From Laetmonice hystrix (lineage: Eukaryota): DNA of 64,000 bases. Within the stretch, counting starts at the first letter, position 1; each line of letters opens with the position of its first letter. The stretch covers positions 31,372,001 to 31,436,000 of the forward strand of contig OZ249437.1 of NCBI GenBank assembly GCA_965235115.1. Reading direction: 5' to 3'. Shown here in pieces: positions 38,759-50,051 of the stretch. A program made the translations under genes and the position numbers. The notes below the pieces were generated by a model that was not told the DNA's origin, did no database searches, and saw nothing but the letters and a program-made list of their open reading frames with translations.

Positions 38759-38851
38759 CTGTCAAACAGCGAGACGGGTAAACCACCGAGAACGCGGCGA
38801 CAGAGCGCTTCTGGAATTTCCTTCAAGAAAGAACCAGTCCTCATGATTAGA
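38759..38851 (-). CDS. Candidate exon (phase 2-2) LIMRTGSFLKEIPEALCRRVLGGLPVSLFD
   Basis: Minus-strand acceptor atcgtactccag has an in-frame TAA just upstream, and the donor is CAG|gtacat. The 93 bp are open, and the phase fits the 32440-32496 candidate. Confidence 0.4.
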
Positions 38852-40370
38852 CTGGAGTACGATTATTGGTCTGAGCGCACTGGGACACCTCCAGACATAT
38901 GGTGTCCCAGATGGGACGACCAGACATAATCCTCTCCCATTCACACCTCCCCGGACAACCAGACGTCGCCGGGCCTATAATTACCAATGATGCTAAGGAG
39001 AAGCTCGTCAGCTGCCAGCTGTTTGAAGTTTAGTCACGGCATTCCCCACTCCTCACCAACAATCCATAACTGGACCCTCCAAACCTGATAACTATCACTT
39101 CATTATGTGTTTCCTCCGGTGGCAACCATGAAATATTCATCACTACTATGGGACGTACTGTCTGTCTGTCCTGGTCAAGGTACTACAGGTAGGTTGGCTT
39201 CAATCAACCTACAGCCATCCTCACAGTCACTTCCCCTCATTAACTACAAATTTAAATCTCATTTAAACACAACACCCTTTAATCTTATCAAACTATTTTG
39301 AGCGGCGAGTTTTCGGTATGTTTGACGGCGTTCCACAGTTTTCGTAACTGGAACAATTCTCTTGCTCTGGCTTGACTTTAGTCGCAAGTATAAAGATGAA
39401 GGCTCATCATCGTCCAGCCCTTGAGCTCTCGGCTCACAGTGAGGAAGTACCCCCACCCCCCACCCCCCACCCCCACCCCCACCCCAAATGGGGGTTTGGT
39501 ATAGCTTTGTCGGGTCAGGAATCCTATCCAAAACGGCTCCCCTTTTTCTAGGGCAATGTCCCCGGGTCAGTTGTCCTGGAAGTGTCCCATGCAATGACAA
39601 TGTCCCAGACAAGTTACACCAGCGTACACGGGAGGCTTGGCCAGCCTGCTGCAGCCATTAACGCCTGCACCCGCCTGACCCTGCTGCACACCGCTTCCAT
39701 TTGTGTGGCTTCCCCCAATCGTCCCATTTGCCTCACACGATTCCCAGTCCCACCTAAACTCCGTCCTGAAGTCCCTCATGCCAGGTTGACCCAGGCTTCC
39801 AAACAACACAGCAGCACAACTCTTTCCATAAGGCAGGCTCTAATTTCGCGGAAGCCATCCAAGCAATCTCTCAGGACAATTTCCCCACCAGGCGGTATCA
39901 GCAATGCAGTAGAATGTCAAACCTGCAGAGTACCCTGTATACATAGGTGCTAAAAAAGCCTCCTTCAAGTTATATCACCCACAGCGTCGACCCTAGAAGA
40001 CTTGACAAATACGTATTCTGAAACTAAGTTAGCTTCATCTGGCTATTGGCTGCTACAGCTTCACGAAAAACCTCGTTCTGGATCATGGGCCTATTGAATC
40101 TAATAAAGATACCCTCATTCGGCCTGTCAGTTCTGGTAAGTAGGTCCTATGATCAGTTTCTGGCATTCAGTCTCAGCAACATTATCAAAGCCCCCATGTC
40201 GCCCACTGAGTCTAACTATGCATCTTGAATTGCGGGAAAACTTCAGATAAATGCCATCAATCAGTAGATAAATAACGTCAATCAGGCAATAATTTGTTCT
40301 GGTAAGGAAGAACATCCATCACTGTTGGGGCCATCGATAATCATGTTGGCTGGTTTAAGGTGTCAACAAG

Positions 40371-40522
40371 TATAAAACGGACACAACACAGCAGACAGGC
40401 AAGCCCAGCCTGTGTCGTCATAGCAACGTCACTGCCGAAACAACTCCAGCAGCAAGCCAGCAAGCATACAATCGCAATCCGGGCCATTAGTGAAGTGAAA
40501 CATAATAACTCCAGTCATGCAG
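40371..40522 (+). promoter_or_regulatory. Putative promoter/first exon: TATA box, RFX X-box, ATGCAG|gt donor
   Basis: tataaaa at 40371-40377. gtcgtcatagcaac at 40414-40427 fits the X-box consensus RYHNYY-WT-RSHRAY. ATG CAG|gtattg at 40517-40528. Confidence 0.4.
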
Positions 40523-41498
40523 GTATTGACTATTTTTGATAATTAAACAGTGGATGGGAGTTCTTCACTGTGCATTTCCTCGCCATGTCACTCTCTCGCT
40601 CTGTAAAATACGACAAACTCTTCTGACCTACAATCATTATAATAGCCTGTAATATCCACGCCCTCACTACCATGGCCTGCATTGTTTCTTACATACCGAC
40701 AGCGACAGTATACAGCCTGTAATACACTATTTCCTTACATCTACACCCTCCTTCCCTGTATGACCTGCATGTAGTACACAGATCTATACCCAGATTATAT
40801 TAGCCACAACATGTATATTAAATACACAGTTATTACAGCCGAGAATAGAGTGGCTATTGGTATAACTGTTATACTTATCATGGCCTGAATATCACAGTTT
40901 GATACACGTATGGATGCGGGAGGTTTTCCATACAATGCCGTCAGGTGGTCGGCTCTTATTATAGTATATCCTTGAGACAATGATAAAAACAGTTATGTAT
41001 AGGGGGCTAGTGTGCAGTTTTAGGGGTACATTGACGTAGACACAGACATATCTTTATGTCTTACCATCCAGTTCCAATCTTGTCACAATACTTTGAAATG
41101 CCATGAAATAGTACAACATTAATTTTTATGATATACACCCTTAGAATATTTGACCGATATGATTACTGTCTCCATGGTCCATTACCCTTCGCATCGTCCT
41201 GATTGAGAACTCCTAAAGTCAGCCTTCACCCCACCTGTTCCAAGCGTCCTTGTTAGTGTACCTGGGTACCCGGCTACCCTACCCCCTGCCTCACCCTTAC
41301 CTGTGTAAACCCTTTCACACTCTGCTCGTAATAACCATGTAAAAAAGGTGCTGGTTTTTACCTGAGCCAACTGGCTCTCTTCTGTCTCCATCTTGCCCAT
41401 ATTGTCTGTCCTTGTGTGGTATAAAGTCCGACCTCGCGATAGGCTGGAGGAATAATTCCAAGTGACGCAGCTAAGCGCTCTCAGTTTCAGTCAGTCAG

Positions 41499-41631
41499 TG
41501 CGTACTGGCCAGCCGTAGGACTACCTTCCTTGACGCCCACACGACCTTCTGCAGCCACAGACTCGGTCTGACCTTCCCAGAATTCCTTTGTGTGTCACGT
41601 GGTGTGACGCCAGTGCAACAGCTCCAGGCAG
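41499..41631 (+). CDS. Candidate exon CVLASRRTTFLDAHTTFCSHRLGLTFPEFLCVSRGVTPVQQLQA
   Basis: Tandem acceptors tttcagtcagtcag and donor CAG|gtatca, with GC-rich third positions. The phase-1 end joins the 46788 candidate (G+AC = Asp). Confidence 0.3.
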
Positions 41632-42848
41632 GTATCAATACACCAGCAGCATTTCCCTGTACGCTTCGGTGCGGCGGCAGAAAGGACACTCGAGTCGGGC
41701 GCGGGGCGTAGATAATCTACGAGTTCATTCCCCACAGTGTCCATGTGCAGGTTTGTGGTCTGGTCATTATAGTCAGAACATAACTAATTAACTCTCTCTC
41801 CGCCCTGTCAAACAATGCACATCACGTGTAAACACCCCCACTCCGGCACCCCCACCCACCACTCGGCACCCCGCGTTATTTTTAACCTCATCGTACCTGT
41901 ATCAGTCACGTGATTTGTGACTCGTCATCCATGAATGAAATTCTATACGCAAGGCTGTTGCTATTGTTTCACCCCCTCCCTATTGTCCTTTTGTTCTAGC
42001 AGATCCATGGGAAGCTGGGGAGGGGTTTTTTTTGCTTTGCTGCCCATATAGTTCTCTTGTTACGCTGGCTGTGACATTTTCAGGTGAGGCTCCTGGCCAC
42101 CTGGGTGCTGGCTGGTTGGGGAACCCCCACCCAGCCATCCACACCCCCGCCCACCACCCCATACACCCAGGCCACCCCAATCCCGTGCAAGAAGTGGGGC
42201 ACCCGTATCATGCTATCTGCCACCATATGACTGGCACGGCGGCGGCGTACAGACAGCATGGCCTGCTTCAGGCCCCAATCTGTCTAATGTTCGCCTACCC
42301 CCACCGTCTGTCAATCATCTACCGCTAACCAATGGACACTAATTGAAATCCTGATTAATACCCAACCTTTCCACAAACTGATTACAGGTTATCTGGCCGA
42401 TAATTATTTACATAACGGCTGTGTCCTCCTTAATCCAAGGCCAGACCCTGTGCCCAGCATTGACAATGGCCACTTCAAAGAGAAGCGCCTGCACGTGAGA
42501 TGATGCTAAAGCATGTGGCACAGCCCGGTCGCCTGCTGCTGTACCAAGGTCGGGCCAGCAGGCCCAACCAACATGATGCCCACTTCACATGCACCCTGCG
42601 CACTCATCCATCCCCCGGTTCTAATCTAATAAAAGCATACTCAGCCGGCAATCACATATGGCTAGCTATACATTAGGCTCTGTACATGAGGACGGGTGGC
42701 GGTTGGGGGGAGGGGGCGTGCATTCAACTGGGGCGGGTTGGAGGGGTTGGAGGGGTAACGCGGCATAATGCCATCAGTAGCAGCTATAGAATCCCCCAGA
42801 CCACATCACCCTATCCCTCCTATCGCCAAGCTCTATAATCTCCTGGAT

Positions 42849-43433
42849 TAGTGCAAGTAAACCCTCATCCACAACCCTACTCTCATATAGTGCAAGTATA
42901 CCCTCATCCACAACCCTACACCCATAGAGTGCAAGTATACCCTCATCCACAACCCTACGCCCAAATAGTGCAAGTATACCCTCATCCACAACCCTACGAC
43001 CATATAGTGCAAGTATACCCTCATCCACAACCCTACGACCATATAGTGTAAGTATACCCTCATCCACAACCCTACTCTCATATAGTGAAAGTATACCCTC
43101 ATCCACAACCCTACTCTCATATAGTGCAAGTATACCCTCATCCACAACCCTGCACCCATATAGTGCAAGTATACCCTCATCCACAACCCTACGACCATAT
43201 AGTACAAGTATACCCTCACCCGCAACCCTACTCTCATATAGTGCAAGTATACCCTCATCCACAACCCTACTCTCATATAGTGAAAGTATACCCTCATCCA
43301 CAACCCTACGTCCATATAGTACAAGTATACCCTCACCCGCAACCCTACGCCCAAATAGTGCAAGTATACCCTCATCCACAACCCTACGTCCATATAGGGC
43401 AAGTATACCCTCATCCACAACCCTACGCCCATA
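42849..43433. repeat. 39-bp minisatellite, 15 copies (atagtgcaagtataccctcatccacaaccctacNNNNcat)
   Basis: Units are spaced exactly 39 bp apart from 42849. They explain track ORFs 42774..43451, 42848..43432, 42851..43051 and 43085..43498. Confidence 0.97.
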
Positions 43434-44941
43434 TATCCATCTGTTCTTCAACCCCTATACGTACTTCGCATTTGCAGTTCCACACAGTAACCATGTAACC
43501 AGCAATTTGTTTAATCTGCATTCCTAGCACAATTCCTTTATACAGCTTTTAGGAATACATGTACAAGATAATCAAAAGTTTGGGCACCAAATTAAACATG
43601 CATTCCGCCTATCTGAAGAGATAAAAACTAGGCTGTCGATTCGCAAGTAATCAAGTGGAACGTGTCTCATAATTGGTTTGAGCAAAGCGTGGGCAGAAAC
43701 ATGTTCCACAATGCATGGAAATAAACAACATCCTTCTTTTTGGACGACCCATGTACACAATGCATAATGTTCCGTGAGAAACCCGGACAACTGGCCGTTT
43801 GTTATCGCAGCAAGCCTGCCAGGCCAGTCTACCTTTTCTTCTACACATTTGGTTCATTAAACTCTGACTTACCGAGCCTGGTTACGTTTACGATCTGCCC
43901 ACCCACACAAGACAGCCAAGTACCCGGTTCTGAAGACCGCTACTATGTCAGTTCCCAAACCTTCACTCCTAGAGTCGGCTCCATTCAATCTTGATTGGCT
44001 GCCACCGTACTCGGCGGAGTGATGTTAGAATTACACTGATTGACGAGCAACATTTCGCCATCAGTACATGAATGTTAGTGAGTTTAACACGTGGGCAATC
44101 AGCCACCGGCCGCCGCCCAGCACAGTACCATGCCACCGGCACGTGCTCCCCCACAACAACCAACACCACCGACTTCCACACAGCTATCCTATCCTGACAC
44201 CTTTCCACTGGGCCACAAACACTAGATAATGTTTGCCATCAAGAACAGCTTTATAGTTGTGTTGGCGAGTACAAAACATCTCGGCTGTGACTGTGTGATG
44301 CTATTCCACCTCAGATCGTTTCGAGTCGGAGAGATATAAATTCTGATCCGGCGTATAAAGCCAGACTTGAGAGGCGAGACTGCGGTTACGATTCCTTGGT
44401 AAAGAAACCCACACCGGGCATTAATTGTTCCTTTCTAACATCTCTTTAAGCAGATAACTGCATCCCTTTTCGCCAAGCGGATCCATTCCTGTTTGCAGCA
44501 TCTGTTGCCAGCCGATGGAATTGACCCGATCCACTGACTAAGCACCGTGTTATTTGCCTCCAATTGCCCTGGTGCTTGCATGACGGCACTAGCCAATTCT
44601 CCTTCGCACGGCCGACTATAATCATGGCGCTGATGAAATTAATGCCTGACCCCTATCCAAACCTCCCTAGCCAACGACTTTGTGTAATTGAGTTACAGTC
44701 TAATTAATGACTTTCTCCCTGTTGGCCAAAGGATTAAGAGTGTTCATAAATATTAATGGCAGAGAGTGGGGGCTGGCGTTAGGTGTGTACGGTAACAAGT
44801 GTATAGAAGACGATTCATTCTGCCGGTCTCTCCGAACCCTCCACCACCAACCACTCTTTATATGGAGATCTGGGTTCACGGAGCTTTACATTAAACCGTG
44901 CTAATTCTAGCATGCTTCTGTCTCGTGTTAGGTACCATTCA

Positions 44942-45310
44942 TGTAAACTATAGTCTGGTAGGCAGGTAGACACACACTATTGTAAACTATAGTCTGGTAG
45001 GCAGGTAGACACACACTATTGTAAACTATAGTCTGGTAGGCAGGTAGACACACACCTTTGTAAACTATAGTCTGGTAGGCAGGTAGACACACACTATTGT
45101 AAACTATAGTCTGGTAGGCAGGTAGACACACACCTTTGTAAACTATAGTCTGGTAGGCAGGTAGACACACACTATTGTAAACTATAGTCTGGTAGGCAGG
45201 TAGACACACACTATTGTAAACTATAGTCTGGTAGGCAGGTAGACACACACCTTTGTAAACTATAGTCTGGTAGGCAGGTAGACACACACTATTGTAAACT
45301 GTAGTCTGGC
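44942..45310. repeat. 39-bp minisatellite, 9 copies plus a partial (tgtaaactatagtctggtaggcaggtagacacacactat)
   Basis: Units are 39 bp apart from 44942, with two variants (ctat / cctt). They explain ORF 44928..45329. Confidence 0.97.
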
Positions 45311-46787
45311 CGACACACAATATTGGCAAAGAAACAGAGAAAGGGCGTCACGCGAAGAGACAATAATTCCGTTCTTAGTCAGTCTGTGATCTGCCAACAG
45401 CATCCCTCTTTCAAACCTGTGCATGGCAGTACCATTTTGCAAGTTTCCCCTTCTTATTAGTCATCCAAACTTAGAGATAATCTCGACAAAACACACACAC
45501 ATTTGGTGAGATTATTAAAAAAGGTAACTTTAACAAAGTTCCTCAGAAATCGCCATGGTGAGGAATGGTTCAAGTGGCAGCTACAAATTTCTTTGGCTGT
45601 TGTTATCGAAGTCCATGTTTCACATTTGTAAATAAATAAAATGTCTCTCTGCGATGACTTCCGATGCTTTTCCATTAGGGCCACTCTTTAGCTTCAAAAC
45701 AGGTAGGGCGTAATTTTATCGGATATCCCATCGCAATTTGTGATGAATTTGCGTCCTAACTGCGATGTAATCTCTGTCATGGATCGCAGTAGATAGTAAG
45801 TAATATACATTAAGGCACGGATGATTTAAAGCAATGACACACTGACTTCAAACCAATGAAGCTGGATCTTAATTCAAACAATCCAGTTCTGGTGCTGGCT
45901 TATTTTATTCCGTAATTCTAGACCTTTCCTAAAACTGCAATACAACGCTCTGAAAAGCATGCGGAGATCTCATTACACTCCATGACAGCTCAAAATATCA
46001 AATAGTACATGTCGCCATCATTAGATAAACTAGCGCAGCCCTTTCTCTTGTCTTACTGGGAGTGGGAAAGACCACAGGCTGTCCAGGGTTCTTGTCCAGT
46101 ATACGAGGATCCAAGGGGTTTGTATTATGTTTGCCACCAAGGCACCAGAGTTTTTTCTATAACTGATGTGCTGTGGGTGTCGACAGATCCATATGCTGCA
46201 GCCTCCCATGCCCACCCTCCCCTCCTCCTCCTCCCCATCCCTGATATTACCTTGACCTAGCTTCCCACAACCTTGGCACCCTACCTGTGGACGGCAATGA
46301 CCCCTGACATGGGATGGGGCATTCCGTGACCAGTCAACCTGCCGACAACTGGCATGACAAGACCACTCCCGAGTCGGCAGAGCACGTCGGAGCTATTACC
46401 CAACGAGAGGTTTAGGTTCTCAGGATCATTTCAGTTCCAAGTACTTAAAGGTACACTGTTTTTAAAACCTGTAATATCGACACCCTGCCATATAAATCAG
46501 CTTAGTGTCACATGTAAAACTCAAATAAATTGAAGTGAGACCAATCAAATGTAATGTGAGAACGCTGAGCTGGCTCGTTGCAATCTAACGCGCTACCTTC
46601 GAACCGCTTGGCCATTTTGGATAACCGTGCAACGGGAATTCCCACGCTGAGTGCCTCTCATACACTCAGGTGACGCTCGGAGCGTGGGGTTTCAAGGCCA
46701 TCCACCGATCTATTTCAATGCCACGAGCACTGTCACGTGTTCTGTCCAACTCCTTCTTTCTCAGCTTTTTAGCTGATTCTGTTGCAG

Positions 46788-46865
46788 ACATCTTCCGTCG
46801 CTTAAAAGCCCTCAGAGGCATATTTACAAAGCAAGCATATGACGATGATCAAATATGGTGGAGCG
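46788..46865 (+). CDS. Candidate exon (phase 1-1) DIFRRLKALRGIFTKQAYDDDQIWWS
   Basis: Strong acceptor ttctttctcagctttttagctgattctgttgcag and donor GCG|gtacct. The 78 bp are open, within ORF 46670..46873. Confidence 0.4.
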
Positions 46866-48358
46866 GTACCTGAAGTCATTTGCAGCGCCCCTTTCGGAGA
46901 GCGGAGGCAAATTCAAACTCCTGCTAATTAACATGTTTTAGCTTCGGTCCGAGTTAGTGTTAACAAAAATCATCATACTGCAGTATTGCAGTAACAGTGC
47001 GTCTTCATATATGTCAATAGGTTGCTATAGGGGACAGGTAAGTGTTTTATTCTCGAAGATACTAACGATGCCGCTTTAACTATAAGCTACTAGTTTAGTT
47101 CACACTCTATATCTTACCTTTCCTGCGTTCTTACATTAGATGCCCCATACGTTAATCCTATGCATGTGCTCTGGCACACAACAGACCCTATACATTGTGC
47201 ATTTTATGAAAGCTCTCTCGATCTACATGAAAACATTTCATAGAAAGTTTTATAGTCTCATCCTGATCGGCCTCTATACCAGGGTACCGGTAGTACAGAG
47301 ACATGCGCTCTACCTGGCTTTATTGTAATGATAAAACCGAATAATCACCTGTTATAGGCATGTTTGTGTTAGACCTACATCTCCAAGGAATTCCAGCTAT
47401 CTCTTTTTCCATAACTTTTCTAGACCTATTTGTTATACACCCGTATCGCATAATTTCAAACTCAGATATCAGCCTCAGACACGCAGGCCAGGCAGACATT
47501 TGACCAGAAAAACTAATTGTGCGTAAACCTTTCTTCTCCGCGGAGAAGAAAGGGTTTGTGTAAACGCGTTTTACTAGGTGCATTTAGTTGTCATCCCTAA
47601 AATTACCACCTTAGTTTTGTGACATCCTTGTTCCTTTGCGTGCGTCACATTATCATGTATCATATACATTTTGTATACATGTATATCATAGTAACCTTGT
47701 CACGCGAGGTACAGTACACCTGGTGTGTGACCAACATTACTGCATAGAAATCTCCTGCCAAAATATCTCTAAACCATCGTAGCCTTCAGACTGCCTTGGC
47801 CGCTGTCCTACTCCCTTGGCAATGAGACTACCGTTCGTATGGCTTAGGCACTGTGTCACAAAACACCAAATCCATCGTCAAGTATTTATGTCCATAGCCT
47901 GGCTAAACAAGGGGTCCACCCTTCTGTCACCCCCTACCACCCCTTTCCTATTTAATGACCCTTTCATGTAGGACATTCTCCATACAAAGGATGAATCATG
48001 TAAGCATGCACACATGACCACGCATTCAGTACATTGTATAAACGTAGACTTGGCAGTGGTCTCATCAACTTTCTATGAACACCGCTGAATGAATGCTTTC
48101 ACCGAGAAAGAAACGTGAGAAGCAGGTATTGCAGAGAACGCTTTTACACCTGAACGATTTTTAATCAACCACCCCGTCCAGAGGAAAAAGATCTATCGAG
48201 TGCCTAGTGTTATTTTACAAAATGCCTTTCATCTCTCAGTCATTTTATTTATTTTAAAAATCTTATTAACATAATCAGGACGTTTTGAACTGCCCCTGAA
48301 TTCCCGTCAGTCTGTCGTCCTGTTTATGTAGAACCTGTCAATACGTCCACGGGTTATC

Positions 48359-49195
48359 TACCAGGCTGCTTTAAACACCTTCAGGTCCTTCGAAAGTAGT
48401 AAGTTCTCATCCGACCTGACCTATGTACACTACTGTATATACCAGACTGGTTAAACACCTTCCTTCGAAAGTAATAAGTTTTCATCCTACCTGACCTATG
48501 TACACTACTGTATATACCTGGCTGCTTTAAACACCTTCAGGTCCTTCGAAAGCAATAAGTTCTCATCCGACCTGACCTATGTAGGCCTACACCACTGTAT
48601 ATACCAGGCTGGTTTAAACACCTTCAGGTCCATCGAAAGTAATACGTTTTCATCCTACCTGACCTATGTACACTACTGTATATATACCAGACTGGTTAAA
48701 CACCTTCCTTCGAAAGTAATACGTTCTCATCCTACCTGACCTATGTACACTACTCTATATACCAGACTGGTTTAAACACCTTCAGGTCCTTCGAAAGTAA
48801 TACGTTCTCATCCTTTTAAACACCTTCAGGTCCTTCGAAAGTAGTAAGTTCTCATCCTACCTGACCATGTACACTACTCTATATACCAGACTGGTTTAGA
48901 CACCTTCAGGTCCTTCGAAAGTAGTAAGTTCTCATCCGACCTGACCTATGTACACTACTGTATATACCAGACTGGTTAAACACCTTCCTTCGAAAGTAAT
49001 AAGTTCTCATCCGACCTGACCTATGTACACTACTATATACCAGACTGGTTTAAACACCTTCAGGTCCTTCAAAAGTAATAAGTTCTCATCCTACCTGACC
49101 TATGTACACTACTGTATATACCAGACTGGTTTAGACACCTCCAGGTCCTTCGAAAGTAGTAAGTTCTCATCCTACCTGACCATGTACACCACTGT
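48359..49195. repeat. ~81-bp minisatellite, 11 units with indel variants (tttaaacaccttcaggtccttcgaaagtagtaagttctcatccgacctgacctatgtacactactgtatataccagactgg)
   Basis: Unit starts near 48373, 48453, 48529, 48616, 48698, 48774, 48818, 48898, 48978, 49052 and 49133. One unit is truncated (48774-48817). Confidence 0.95.
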
Positions 49196-49360
49196 CCTTC
49201 AAAGGAAGAATCATACATACCTGAAACGACACAAAGAAAGACACACCATTAGTGAACATGTTGAACACGGCATATTAATGAACAGTAGCATGGCATGACG
49301 ATCATGTCAATTGTCTGCACAGCAATAAATACATCAAAGGCGAATTCTTCTTCAAGCTAG

Positions 49361-49406
49361 GTCATTTACATCGCGGACTTGAGAGACCCGACCTGGCCCT
49401 TAACAG
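49361..49406 (+). CDS. Candidate exon (phase 0-1) VIYIADLRDPTWPLT
   Basis: Acceptor aattcttcttcaagctag and strong donor CAG|gtaagc, with GC-rich third positions. Confidence 0.4.
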
Positions 49407-49641
49407 GTAAGCTGCAGATGAGATTAAAATGACTCCAAAGGCTGGACCATAAAAACCCGCTGAACCACCCGTCCGAAGGAAATGTCATCCGACTGAAGAA
49501 ACACCTTTAATTGCTAAAAGTTATGCTCCAATCAAAGAGCAATGAGCTTGTTGAGAATCAGACTGCAGCACAAGGCGATGGCTTGGGCCACTTACACGCA
49601 TCCTGACGCTCCAAAAAGGTGTTAATTACAAGTGCACATAC

Positions 49642-49740
49642 TGTGCTCAGGTAGATAGGTAGTCTCCGCGGTGAGGGCGGACTTTCCGGTTCCTGCTGCT
49701 GCTGCGTCTGGACTTGAAAATCCGCAACTGGCTCCGTCAT
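49642..49740 (-). CDS. Candidate first coding exon MTEPVADFQVQTQQQQEPESPPSPRRLPIYLST
   Basis: ATG is preceded by an in-frame TAA and the donor is ACA|gtatgt. The composition resembles a disordered N-terminus. Confidence 0.3.
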
Positions 49741-49978
49741 TGGTAATTACAACTGTATGAGCACCTCGACGTATATCAATATACTTAGCCGCCCAACTCT
49801 GCTCCCTCAAATGTGAATACGACTCTTGGAATGATCAGTTTATGACCAAAGCCAAGGCTGGAATCCTTGCGAGTCCACAGAATTTGAAGATAGGGAGGGG
49901 GCTAGAGTTTCGTTCCAGGTACCATTACAAAGACGAATCCTGTCAGATATATGCCTTTGAAAGATCCGCCGCCGTTAC

Positions 49979-50051
49979 TTGTGAAGCGGTCCCTTCCGAG
50001 CCAACATAAGTTGTCGTCTACCCGTGAACAACTTTCTACTTCAATATGCAT
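49979..50051 (-). CDS. Candidate exon MHIEVESCSRVDDNLCWLGRDRFT
   Basis: Minus-strand acceptor tcgttcttgttttcaaacccacag and donor CAA|gtaacg. Only one frame is open. Confidence 0.3.

Noticed and set aside
42849-43433. CRISPR array (also considered for the 25.3, 44.9 and 48.4 kb arrays)
   Set aside because: The units are directly tandem with no unique 25-45-nt spacers, there are no cas genes, and the context is eukaryotic.
46445-47079. TTAA-flanked (Kolobok/piggyBac-like) transposon
   Set aside because: It begins ttaaAGGTACACTG and a ctttaa lies at ~47075, but the ends are not complementary. The ttaaccctt at 61327 likewise has no partner TIR in the window.
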